Shown: positions 49,895-62,486, counted from the first letter of the whole stretch. The stretch is 63,774 nucleotides of DNA, filler included, from Globobulimina sp. (GCA_003354225.1; 46 parts of 46 records of this genome joined end to end with filler, not necessarily neighbours in it); one strand, 5' to 3'. Notes: generated by a model not told the origin, from the letters alone. Numbers and translations are program-made.

Positions 49895-50065
49895 NNNNNN
49901 NNNNNNNNNNNNNNNNNNNNNNNNNNNNNNNNNNNNNNTTAATTAATTAANNNNNNNNNNNNNNNNNNNNNNNNNNNNNNNNNNNNNNNNNNNNATTCAT
50001 CATTTCGTGTTAAATGTTGAAAGAGATATTGTATTTTACCCAACTGCAGTGAATCATTGTTTGAT

Positions 50066-51009
50066 ATGGACTTTACTGGCAGGAAAAGACGGTCCCGCTT
50101 ATTAGTAAGTGGATATGTTAGAAAATGTAGGTCTCAATACACCCACACAGATATTATTAGTATCATTCAAGCATTCCATGGCCAGTCAGTATCATTCATC
50201 CATTCCACGGCATATGATCATTTATTTAGGTTTACGCTTATTGGAGATTCAGGTCAATTTAATGCAATTAAAAAATGCAGATACATACGGTCACTGTGAT
50301 AGCTGACAGCTCACTGAAATAAGCTGATCAATCCAGGTCATACTCAACTGACTGATTTCATTCTGATCGGTCAGACTCATTTTCTGATCGACTGAAATTC
50401 CTCAGCTGACCATCAACAATGACCGTACGTGTCTGCAATACATAAATGTACAATATAGGCGTAGGGAAAACCTGTCTAATGACGCGTTATGCCGATGATA
50501 AGTATACGGAATCACTATTTTTAACGGTTGGCGTGGATTTTCGCTTTCGTACAATTAATGTGGATGATCAAATTGTAAAATTGCAAATATGGGATACCGC
50601 GGGAATTCGTAGATTTAGGACAATTACATCATGTTATTATAGAATTGCGGATGCGGTGATGATTGTGTTTGATGTCTCTGATCGAGTATCATTTAATAAT
50701 ATCGATGAATGGTTATCTGATCTGGAGATATTTGGTCCAAAAGAAGTCTGTAAGATGATAATAGGAAATAAATGTGATATTCCATTATCAGACAGAGAAG
50801 TTACAGCACGACACGCTGGCCAATATGCACAAAATATGAAAATACCATACATTGAAACGTCTGCAAAAACTGCTGACAATGTTGGAATGGCATTCTATAG
50901 AATGGTACAGCAATTAATTAAAAAAAAATTAAAAAATACCATAGATGTTCTTCATTTAAATACTATACGGCAAAATAGTAAGGCTTCCTGTTCATGTATA
51001 ATCATATAA
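50066..51009 (+). CDS. Rab1-like GTPase with N-terminal LLVSGYVR module
   Basis: Intron 50253-50458 joins YDHLFRFTLIGDS|GVGKT. Also TVGVDF, WDTAGIR, YYR, NKCD, ETSAK and C-terminal CSCIII. Confidence 0.92.
50277..50436. mobile_element. MITE inside the Rab intron
   Basis: Imperfect TIRs GCAGATACATACGGTCACTGT / ACAATGACCGTACGTGTCTGC, flanked by AAT on both sides. Confidence 0.7.
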
Positions 51010-51382
51010 ATACGTTTTTTTTTGTGTTTGTTACGACTGAGTGAAGTGTGTTTGTTATGACTGAGTGCAAGAATATGAACCAAGCTGAAAACCTTGTTCA
51101 ATTTGTATTTAGTCTGTTTGCTAATTTTAAGCGCCATATAGAAATTTCAGCGCCATATATGGCAAGAAATTTCGGAGCCATCCAATATATCTAAAACAAG
51201 CTTGTATGTACAACTGAAACAATATACTGTTGTATGTACAAGTCTACAAATACTGTTTCCATTTGACCCTGTATTGTTTCTGNNNNNNNNNNNNNNNNNN
51301 NNNNNNNNNNNNNNNNNNNNNNNNNNTTAATTAATTAANNNNNNNNNNNNNNNNNNNNNNNNNNNNNNNNNNNNNNNNNNNN

Positions 51383-51519
51383 ACATTCATGGCTCTTTTG
51401 CTCATTCCAATGTCCGGATGCACTTGTTTCAAAACCTTGAAAATGTAAATATTAAATGTCTCTTTTCTTTTTCTGTTATAAGTTCTTGCTGAACCTGCTG
51501 CTGCTGTTTTGGCCGACAT
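51383..51519 (-). CDS. H2B: Histone H2B, N-terminal part
   Basis: [29 protein letters not shown]. Confidence 0.95.
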
Positions 51520-51927
51520 TATGGTGCTGTTTCTGAATTACTTTAATTTGTTTCTGAAAATAAAAAATAAATTGTTTAGTTGTTTTGGTGGTGAAAATAA
51601 AGAAAATGCCTCACCTGTTATTTATGAAAATTAATTATCAAAATAATATATGGCAGCATATGATTGGCCCATACAACATATGCGTCTGACATCACTTACA
51701 TTCATAATGACAATATTTTTTTGAAAACGGACAATAAATGCATTCATAATTAAATAGATTTTACTGTCAATGATTCGCAGACAATATTACAATGACAATG
51801 ATAGTTTGATAATATGGTATTCCGTATTCATAGAGTCTAGGTGGGCAAGGTGGAGAAGGTGGTCATTAGACAATGACGAGCTAGCTTAGATGTTAAATTG
51901 TAAATTAAAGTAGAAAACAGTGTCAGT

Positions 51928-52670
51928 CTAAATTAGTTTATATCGATCATTGTTGTTGTTATTATTGTTGTTGTTGTTGTTAATATTATTATTCACTTGC
52001 TGCCTCATACCGGCTAAACCATCCAATGCTAAACATTCATCAACTGTTAGACCAAAGTTAGGTGGTTTGCTTCCAAGGAATCCAATACTCTGCATCCTTA
52101 ATAAATCCCCAGTCTTCTGTGCAAACACTTTCCAGTCAACACCACCTGGAATCTCCGGTGTTTTTTCAGTCCTTTTAATAAATTGATATAACTCTCTCCT
52201 GCTTTCTGGTGTTGCAGCATCATATGTCTGCGATACTACATTCCGATTAATACTTCCTTTCCATGTTGGATTACCACCATTAATACTTCCTTTCCATGTT
52301 GGAGTCCGAATCAATCCCAATGTTTCCAATCGTAGACAGCCGCTATACCCCATCATCACCGGGCTATTTGGCCATCCATTACCATCATTATAATATCTCA
52401 CTGCCTGATAAATACCATTCTTTGTCTTGGTGCAAATCGCCTTTCGTATAGTTTGGATATCCGTGCTTTCACACTCAACTAATATCACACTATACACTGC
52501 GTTTCTTGTGGCCCTATATTGGAAACGAGTGGGCACGCCATTCATTTGTATCCTCCATCGTCCGTTCGTTTGTTCAACCTGTTGTGGTGGGGAAGATTGG
52601 GATCTCCTCCGTGCTCGTCTTCTAGTGACATGAATGTTGGATGATGCTGGAGATTGTGGTGATCGGCCTG
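51928..52670 (-). CDS. Hypothetical protein, 3' part
   Basis: Open frame from the contig edge; duplicated PTWKGSIN; poly-Asn tail. Confidence 0.55.
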
Positions 52671-53115
52671 NNNNNNNNNNNNNNNNNNNNNNNNNNNNNN
52701 NNNNNNNNNNNNNNTTAATTAATTAANNNNNNNNNNNNNNNNNNNNNNNNNNNNNNNNNNNNNNNNNNNNGCATTATCAGCATGGACATAAAGAAAGAGA
52801 TGGCGATAATAGGACATGTACAACAGAAACAGAAACAAGTACAATCCATGCAATTCCTATAAGTATGAGAGCAATGAAATCAAGAAGATTTTCTGAGGTG
52901 TTTTTGCAGCAATTGCAATCTCCGGAGCACACAAATGACACTAGTACGAATACTGCACTCTTTAACAAATACATAAATGATAAAAAATAAATGCTTTGCC
53001 ACTAACTAATTATATGTATATATCAACAATTTGTAATGTTTAATATACCGTGTCATAATTGTTTATTTCCCCGCTTCCTCGAAAAATACATGTACGAAAA
53101 AATCTGTCGTAAACA

Positions 53116-54058
53116 ATGACTTCTTTGCAACTGTCTTTACCAACAGCCAGTGTAATATCGCTAATATCGACAAGTAGAGCTGATTTAAAAACAAAGCGGC
53201 ATCATGACAGCAGGTCATACGCAGCTAAAACATTGGAATTGCAGTTCGGATTTATCATCGAAGATTACATAACCAAAGGAAAGGATAGATTCAAAACCTA
53301 CATCGAAGAACATAGGCGATTTTGTGCTGAATTTATAAAAAAAGACGAAATTAAAAGAGGAAATTCGCATAAAATGAAAGAGATTAAAGTACAACATCGT
53401 GTATGGACGTTATTATTACATTTATTTAATTCAAAAACCGTCAAAAATAAAAGTCGCAACACCACCACCAACAACAATTATTATTTTAACCCGAAAGCAT
53501 TCATTCATGACAGATTCAATGGAGATTATAAATTACGCAAATTGGAACATGTAATACTTTGGTTACAAGACATCGCGCCGTCGCCTTATTTTTTAAATCG
53601 AGGAGACATATCATATTCACGTACATTGAATCAATCCAATGACTCCAAGCATCCCTCGCTGAACTCATTAGATCCCGATGTTATGAGCAGAATGAATATT
53701 AACATCAACACCTTATCCAAACAGGAAATGGATGACCTCAACGATGAGGAAAAATTATTAAACATTGTTTTCCGTTTAATACGAAAAGGAAAATGGGATC
53801 AAGCTGTTATGTATTATGCATTTTTGTTTCTATCCTTGCACTCAAATCTAAATATATAATACAGGCCGATTTATGTCGTAATTATGGTTGTCATTACCGG
53901 GCCTCCTCAATAAATGGTCGTCAGTTATTTTCAGATCAATGCAATGTGGTGAATGGAGTGGATGGCATTGGCGGCAATGACCAATATTTGATGTGGCTGC
54001 GAGTCTGTAATCAAATCTGCCGCAAAACACACTCCTTGTCAGAGAAATGGATCTATGC
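53116..54058 (+). CDS. NUP107: Nucleoporin Nup107/Nup84-like, 5' part
   Basis: VW.LL..LF, VILWL and LDPD…D..DEEKLL..VF.LIRKG..DQA|ADLC…YRASSING; intron 53806-53864. Confidence 0.8.
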
Positions 54059-54158
54059 NNNNNNNNNNNNNNNNNNNNNNNNNNNNNNNNNNNNNNNNNN
54101 NNTTAATTAATTAANNNNNNNNNNNNNNNNNNNNNNNNNNNNNNNNNNNNNNNNNNNN

Positions 54159-54315
54159 TGTGTTTTGTGTGATTATGGGTGTTTGTCAGAATCGGAGTGT
54201 TTTTAATAAAATAAATATGATACAGTCCGCTTCCGTCATAACATGTTCCTCTTGCATTTGCACATTGTGTTACTATAAATAATGAAATAGATACATAAAT
54301 GAGTGCATTACTCAT
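54159..54315 (-). CDS. Secreted protein, first exon
   Basis: MSNALIYVSISLFIVTQCANA signal peptide. Confidence 0.45.
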
Positions 54316-54392
54316 GATGTTTAAACTGAAGTAAAGCGAAAACTCCACAAATCTAGAGCTAGTAACAAAAAACCATCCTGTCTCAGTTAAGA

Positions 54393-55446
54393 ATGTACAG
54401 CACAAACCTTCATATTCGGCTGAAACGTAATTTGTGCATAACATATTGTTGTATAATCTGGTTAATTTACACACCAATATGTTTATATGGTATAATTAAA
54501 TTCTATCGACATCGGCAAAATATTGTTATTTCCAAACGACACAGTGTCATCACCATTTGTTTATTGATTTGTATGTTGTTATTACTATCAATATTCTTAC
54601 CATTTACAATCATTGCATTTTCAAATAGCTTTTTAAATATTGAATTCTTAAAATGGGGCAAATATGGATTTTACGTATCTTTTTATCCAATGATAATATT
54701 ATTGTTTCAAATCATTTATATGTTTATATGGCGACAATGGTTATATTATAAAGATATTTCGCTAATAAAATTTTCATCAAATCGAGAATGGACAGACTTA
54801 TTAAATCCACCCAAAAATCTGCAATTTACAAACAAATTACTTTCATCCTTCAATTTTTGCAAAATTATGCTTTTCCTCTTCTGTATAACTACCATATCCA
54901 TCATATGTTGGTCCATTATATTCTCCTCAAACAACGACAACATTGACACCCTACGTAGCGGCAGCACAGCAACGGCATTTTTTTGGTGCTGTTTATGTTC
55001 CATTTTTTTACTAATTTTACGTTGTATCACTCCAAAATTTGAGGATGGTTTTTTTATTCGCAAAGAGATGATATATTGGATATACATTATATTCATTGTC
55101 GCTTTGTTAATAATCACCGATTTATTCATTGACTATTTTCTATTATTAAACAATTCAAAATTCCATGTAATTGTCACTATGACCAATTATTTTCTACTGT
55201 GTACTGCTACTTTTTTGATTATTTGTATTTCCTCACATTATGTGATTCATAAAAATAAGTGTTGGATTATCATGAATCACATGCAATATAATCACCATAT
55301 TCATATTGATATCAATGATGAAGCGCAATTGCAAAATATTACAGAAAAAATAATATCACACTGTGAGACTCCATCACATACACAAACAACTCCAAAACCA
55401 TTAAAATCGCAGCATAATTATAAATATTCCATTACCAGCACCACCG
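54393..55446 (+). CDS. 7TM protein resembling the membrane part of 7TM-RGS proteins, partial
   Basis: Seven hydrophobic segments, ISKRH after TM1 and FEDGFFIRKE before TM6. The RGS box is not within the contig. Confidence 0.6.
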
Positions 55447-55833
55447 NNNNNNNNNNNNNNNNNNNNNNNNNNNNNNNNNNNNNNNNNNNNTTAATTAATT
55501 AANNNNNNNNNNNNNNNNNNNNNNNNNNNNNNNNNNNNNNNNNNNNTAATAATTCTGCCTTCAAATTTGCATATTTTCTATCAATATACCAATCGCATAA
55601 TTTATATCCAATGTTTTCTTCAAAAAATGCATGTCCAACATCCCTATGCATGTCCAACATCCTTTTATTTTGATTATTTTTATAAAACGGCCAATAAAAA
55701 TACGTTTGCCGGAGCTGTATAGTTTTTTTTTAATATTTTTTTCGTGAATTAATTTGTTTGTGAGTAATTCCCAAAATTACTTAATTATAAAAAAAAGATG
55801 TTTTTCACTTAAACTTTAATAAGTAATCCAGTC

Positions 55834-56834
55834 ATGACAGCAGAAACGCAGATAATTTATGACTATGGTGACCAAAAAGACACAGATCCGACAGTCTTAT
55901 CATCAGAGAAGAAACAAATCGAAATGGGAATCCGCGTAAGAATCGACCAATTGATTGATGTGGACACATCCGCCCAGCAGTACAATATGACTGCTATATT
56001 TGACAAAACCTGGTTAGCGACAAAGAAAGACATTGCTGCATTCAACAAAAATGGCAAAGAATATATTCCAGAAACAGTCCCAAAGATCGACTTAAAAAAC
56101 TGTGTGGATTCTGGCAACATCAGATATCAAACATGGGCCAATGGCAATGTATTCACTCTTAAGAATGCCTCAGACACTGAGCAATATTATAACTGCCAAA
56201 GGATTAAGTTTTCGGGGCGGTTTACCGAAGAATTCGAGCTCAATAATTTCCCGTTTGACGTTCAAGATTTATCGATAGTCATTGGAAACCCGACAGAGCC
56301 AAGCAAATATTTCAAATTTGTGCCTGACCGCACCCACAGTGATTACATCTCGATCGATAAAACGTGGTGTTCTGCGACGGAATGGAGCATAGAAAATGTC
56401 GGTGCTCGGACCACCGATGTTGACCTAGTCTTTGCTCGAAGCAATGGTGGGCGGAGTGGCTCTGACAAACAAATATTTCCTTATGTCGTGTTTCGTATTC
56501 AGGCTGCGAGGCGCTGGAAATCTGTATTTTTTGGCATTATTTTATGGATGACATTGTTGGGGATCCTCTCATTTTGTATATTTGGATACGAGGCGACTGA
56601 CATTAATGGACGGCTGAGCTTTGCGGTGACTATGATTTTGACCATCGTAGCCTTTCAATTTGTGATTTCTTCAGAATTGCCAAATGTGCCCTATTTAACA
56701 TTGATTGACAAATATAATTTTAGTATCTTTATCTTTGTGCTATCCATCTCTGTGGAAACAGTCGTTGTTGGATATCACAATGAAGGAATCATTGAAAATG
56801 TGGATGCTTTCGACGATTGCTTTGCATTTGCAGC
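55834..56834 (+). CDS. Cys-less pentameric ligand-gated ion channel (Pro-loop), partial
   Basis: FELNNFPFDVQDL loop without flanking Cys; M1-M3 RLSFAVTMILTIVAF…LPNVPYLTLIDKY. Confidence 0.88.
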
Positions 56835-56986
56835 NNNNNNNNNNNNNNNNNNNNNNNNNNNNNNNNNNNNNNNNNNNNTTAATTAATTAANNNNNNNNNN
56901 NNNNNNNNNNNNNNNNNNNNNNNNNNNNNNNNNNATATGGCAACTTCCATAAACCTCATAAACCTCATACACTTCATACACCAATC

Positions 56987-58222
56987 GTGATTTTTCTAAG
57001 TAAACAACATAAGTTTTCCAATCTCGACAGTCATGGCACCTATAGCACAATTAAAACTGCCACCAAAAAAATGAAAAATAAAGAGACAAAATCATCATTA
57101 TTGGATAATAATAATAGTAGCAATGAAATAAGCAATAGAAAATCAAAAAAAACAATTGGAGTGAGATCAATTAATAAGAAAATGAAGAAAGCAGAACCAT
57201 TATCGTCGTCATTATTAATGTGCCAGTTGGACAATTTCAAGGAAAATGAGAATATCGATCCAATTCTCCACGAGCCAGAAATATTTATTAATACAAAATA
57301 TAATGAATTATCAATGAAATTAAAATCAGAAACAGACTTTGAATCAATTTCACATAAAAATCCATCATTGCAGGAATTCTTAGATATTTGGGACGATACA
57401 TGGTCTGATCAACAAATATCCGCATATTTTACACATTATTTATCTGATCCACGTGTCGTGGCATTATTAAATATTGAAATTATTGAAAATATGGCTATAC
57501 CAAAAGAAATATGGCAAACCATTGTTTCATTTGAATTTGGTTCAACTGATATGGCAAAACGAAGATATTATCATTGGATATCACGACAAAGAAAAGAAAT
57601 TTATTGGCTACCATTTATTTTAGGTTCAATCCAATGTTTTGGTGTATTTTTTGTATTATTTTATGTTTTTGTATCTGGCTCTTCATTGCATGACACTGCT
57701 GTCGCTGACATCGGCACTTCTGATATTACAGATGATGATACTTCGGATATTCCAAATAATAATAATAATAATAAAAATAACATTTTTGATATAAGATTTT
57801 ATATGGCTTTGATGACCGTAATTGCTGCGGCCATACAAATATGCGGTGCATTGAGAGCATATTATTTAGCGCGATATAGATATGCCCCAAAATTAAAAAG
57901 ATTCAAACGAATTATTCATTTACAAACACATATTCATTTAAAAACAAATCATGAGAGTGATGAGAGCGATGATGATGATATTGACAAAGATCTCGAGACA
58001 GCACAATATGAAACAGTTCGTGATTTACCAAACGTAGAACTGAATTTTGATATAAATCAGGTACCACAAGAATTTCGACATATTTTTTTGATGAAAAATG
58101 CACCAAAATATCATGATTTAGGCAGTGATTCTGATGATTCTGAAGATGAAAAAGATAATGACAATGATGAGGGAAAACATCTAGCTCTCGATGATGATGA
58201 TGATGATGAGAAAGATGATAAT
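56987..58222 (+). CDS. Hypothetical membrane protein (2 TM, acidic tail)
   Basis: Long ORF; contains IPKEIWQTIVSF. Confidence 0.65.
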
Positions 58223-58823
58223 NNNNNNNNNNNNNNNNNNNNNNNNNNNNNNNNNNNNNNNNNNNNTTAATTAATTAANNNNNNNNNNNNNNNNNNNNNN
58301 NNNNNNNNNNNNNNNNNNNNNNAATAGAGTGAGGACTATTTATTAATCCACGCTGCTGGCAAGCAATCCTCTTAGACATAAGTAGACTTGAAATGTAACG
58401 GTCTCGAAAAAAACTTAGTTGAGCATAGTCTAATGTTTAACCTCCGAACTTAGTTAGTCTTAGTCTAATGTACAGTTATTTAGAACAATTGTATTATTGT
58501 TAACTGTACATTTGTGTGTATATATTTAGAAGGTGAACAATAAGAGAACCACGCTAATAGGCACTCTATGTAAGTTTGTACCTTTTGCAGAAAATAAATA
58601 CCACTCCATATTGAGTTGATTTACAAGCTCACTCAAAAAAACTCTTATTTTTCACTTAGTCAGTTCAGGTAATAGTGTCGTTTCAACTGTATTTTGTCAA
58701 TCGTCAATCCACAAATCTGGTTTTAATCTTGCGGTTGATTCCAACTCTTCAATGGACAATTTCAACATTCCACGTATGTCCCAGATACCATAATATTTCC
58801 GATTTTTCTGTCCCATTTATGTA

Positions 58824-59610
58824 GCCACCCACACAAAACAACACACCCAAACTAGAAACGAAACCAATCACAGAAGATAGCTATTATTTAAACCAAGAAA
58901 GTGCATTATCCCAATCCGCACAATTAACCACACAAATTGAAGAGGACGCAATTCCATCTTCAGACGACAACGTATCCGACGACGACGATGATGATTACCA
59001 AAATATCACTCAGTCTGCCTCTGATTTAGACGTTCATAGCAGCGAGGAAAAAAACGATATACTCACCGACCACCACACAGACACAGACACAGACAATGAT
59101 GATGATAATGATAACGATGATAATAATGACCTAAACCCACCCAATGAGAATAAAGCCAACGTCGAATACGTCGACGACGAGTCAGTACACGGGCGCATCG
59201 GCGATATCTTGCAGCCCACCGATCCCTTCACCCACTCCAAATTCAACGATTCTGGCCAAGTCTTGAAAGAAAACGCACGTAAAAAGCTGGAAAAAGAAGC
59301 AAGGATTAAATCCAAAATCCAAACTCACGCTCAATTCGTAAAAGAATGTAAAACGGCCTTAAAACGTCTGCCTAAAAGCGAAAAAAAACAACGCGAACTC
59401 GCCAAACGTCAACGAAATAAATCGCAGAAAAAAATAAAAAAATACCGTGCTAAATTAGCAAATGGCGTAGAATCGGCAGCTATGTCCTCCTCCTCCTCCG
59501 ATGACGGTGGCGCCTTTGACCCGGCCTCGTTGTTACAAGGTATGGCGGGCCTGAATCGCAGGGAAATGGCCATGAACAACATGAATATGATTGGCTATGA
59601 TAACAACGAT
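58824..59610 (+). CDS. Low-complexity acidic/basic hypothetical protein exon
   Basis: Frame is open from the AG at ~58823 through ORF 59209-59658. Confidence 0.5.
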
Positions 59611-59830
59611 NNNNNNNNNNNNNNNNNNNNNNNNNNNNNNNNNNNNNNNNNNNNTTAATTAATTAANNNNNNNNNNNNNNNNNNNNNNNNNNNNNNNNNN
59701 NNNNNNNNNNGCGCTTCGGCCCATTAAGTGGTGCACTTGGGAGTTATTTCGGGAAGGAATAGATAAACCGACTTTGGTGATTGGGCCGATTTGTGGAACA
59801 ATGGCTGGATAACTAGAACAAGGTATCGGC

Positions 59831-59890
59831 GTGATTGACTCGGATGGCTTTCGTCCCAATGTGGGAATTATTATCGCAAATGACCAGCAA
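59831..59890 (+). CDS. rppH: Gammaproteobacterial RNA pyrophosphohydrolase N-terminal fragment (chimeric junction)
   Basis: GTG-initiated MIDSDGFRPNVGIIIANDQ; stops at 59894 after the switch to AT-rich DNA. Confidence 0.8.
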
Positions 59891-60998
59891 TATTAATATG
59901 AACAATATGTGCAACGATGACGCAGAAATCATTGCAATGTCACCTATTACGCCATACACAGACGCCTTTACACCACCAAGTGATGAGACGCCTACACCGC
60001 AGTCATACCAACTATTAAATACTTCGCCTTTTACGGTGGCTGCCAGTCTAAACCTGCTCCATTTATGTGATGCAAATTTAAATTTGATATTGCAATTTCT
60101 GTCTACGTCGCACCGCATTATGTGCAGCTTATTGTGTACGTTTATGAACGATTTGGTTTTTCATAACTGCAATTTCGATGATACGTGGCTGACGTTTGGG
60201 AATAATGGGCGTAACGACATGCGTTTAATTAAAGCGAAGTCCATTTCAGAGCGGTATTATAAAAATTGTATACATGTTTCTGTCAAATGTATACAGTTTG
60301 TAGATAATTATAATAACGTTGCTGAGCATAATATTGATTTTAAAAATGTTCTGACGCGAAGTCGCAGAGTGGTTCGATTCAGCAATATAAATAATATAAA
60401 CATTCCAAAGTACGAGAAACGTCTATCATCGACACAGTTAAATAACTGTTGGATCTGGAAATATTTACATTGTTTGGAGTTGAATAGTAATTCTAAAATG
60501 GATTATATTTTTAATTCATTTGAATGGAATTTATTATGTAAATATAAACTATCGAAATCTATATTTTTTTTGTCGTTTGATATGCATTCAAATATATTAA
60601 ATCCGGATAATTTTAATTTAATCTCTTCCTATTTCCCAAACCTACAACACTTAAATCTGTCAAATTTTGCCTATTTTGATAAATATAAAGATATAATTTT
60701 AGAGTTTTTTAAATTGAAACATAATGAAATCGGTGATATGAATGGATGGGAAAAAATGGAATCGTCACTTGTCAGATTAAAAGGGATTGAATTTAATAAA
60801 TGTGATGCAAATATTGTCAAATTGTTAGCGCATAATATTAATTATGAAGTGATGACAGAATCGTTGTTTACGCAACTTATTACATTACAGATAAATGAAT
60901 GTGTCTTATCCAACATTATTGATTTGCAATTAATTCTTAATGGATGTATAAATATAAAATATCTCAATTTGTGTTATATCACAATCGCAATCCCGACA
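59890..60998 (+). CDS. F-box/LRR-like protein, partial
   Basis: LLHLCDANLNLILQFL…CSLLC (F-box-like) plus PNLQHLNLS and CINIKYLNL LRR-like repeats. Confidence 0.6.
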
Positions 60999-61098
60999 NN
61001 NNNNNNNNNNNNNNNNNNNNNNNNNNNNNNNNNNNNNNNNNNTTAATTAATTAANNNNNNNNNNNNNNNNNNNNNNNNNNNNNNNNNNNNNNNNNNNN

Positions 61099-61563
61099 GA
61101 AGAATAAAAATAATAACTTGGAAGCAGGGATACATTCCACAAATTCACTGAAATCTATTTTTTGTGCATCAATAATATCATCCAACGCATTGGTGGATAA
61201 TGGATTATTTTTGAAAACTTGGCTGTTTATAAATGCTTCTTTTGTAATGAATCCGTCATTGTCGGTGTCCATTTGCTTGAAAGTCTGAAATAATGCTTTT
61301 AATTCCTTGTTATAATTTTCTTTTCTTTTGTTAATTGATTTTAACATTGTGATTGCTTTAGGATTTCTCGTTTTTGCGCATGAATATGTTGGATTGATAA
61401 GATGGTCATTTTTTTGTTCTTGATCATTATTTTTCGTTGGGAAATAATAATCGTAATATAAACCTTCATATGTTAACGAGGCGATATCTGGCATTTGGTT
61501 TGAACTCATACAGCCTGTAAAGTGACTTACGTCCTTTGAACCACCAACACTTGCGTTTCCCAT
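61099..61563 (-). CDS. VWA-associated N-terminal region with EF-hand, 5' part
   Basis: SVGGSKDV…LTYEGLYYDYYF…PTYS; EF-hand DTDNDGFITKEAF; MG start. Confidence 0.6.
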
Positions 61564-62036
61564 TCTAGCTCTGTTTCTAGATAAAAAATGTAAAGAAAAT
61601 GGTTTAAAAAATGCAAAGAAAATGACAAACTGACTGAAGAATTGGGTAAAAATATGAAGAGCAGTATTGAGTAATAATAAATAATGATTGCAACGTAGTT
61701 GATTGAAAAATCAAACCTTTTCATGGTTAATATCAGAATGAATTAATCTAAAGAGTTCATTCTATATACATTATAATGATTTTGTTATAAAATAATTACT
61801 ATATGTGTTGGCTCAGTGAACATGGATTATTGCATGCGACAACTGAATAGATGCTTTTTCTTATTTTCTTGTGCCATAGTTTATTTTCTTCACTTACCTA
61901 ATTTGTATGAAAGCATCACCAATGGGTGCTAACATCCAAACAAATATATCGAAAAAGAGATAACTCGCCGTTATCTCTTCAAAATTTACAAGCGAAGTTT
62001 TTGAGGTCAGCTAGTCATCATTTTTGAAAACTTTGT

Positions 62037-62386
62037 ATGGCGAATAGCTCGATGAAAAACGTTTGTCCAACTACTTTATGCGCAATGTCCCGGAGCGCAA
62101 CACCAACAGAAAATTTGTTTGGAATTGCATCTGCTGTGACCATCATTATTATATCAATATTGTGTTTAATTTACCGAAAATATGCACATAATACCACCAA
62201 CCAGCCAGCTGCAGTATTATGCACTGATAATGGTGGCAATAATGTTGACATTGATGAAATAATCCCACAAAACAATTTGCAATTATGGCTAGATTCTACG
62301 GATACATCAGCGATTACCTGCTTTAATAATAATAAAAACCATGGCGTTTTGTTATGGAAATCAAAGGTAAATGACATAAAATTAAT
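62037..62386 (+). CDS. Hypothetical membrane-anchored protein, 5' part
   Basis: TM segment followed by LQLWLDSTD. Confidence 0.4.
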
Positions 62387-62486
62387 NNNNNNNNNNNNNN
62401 NNNNNNNNNNNNNNNNNNNNNNNNNNNNNNTTAATTAATTAANNNNNNNNNNNNNNNNNNNNNNNNNNNNNNNNNNNNNNNNNNNN

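Noticed and set aside
55627-55664. 19-bp tandem duplication ATGCATGTCCAACATCCYT
   Set aside because: Only two copies; ordinary local duplication.
1291-62486. Regularly spaced TTAATTAATTAA as a CRISPR-like or biological repeat
   Set aside because: It is embedded in N runs and is an artificial six-frame-stop linker. ORF-track proteins ending in X…LIN are artefacts of it.
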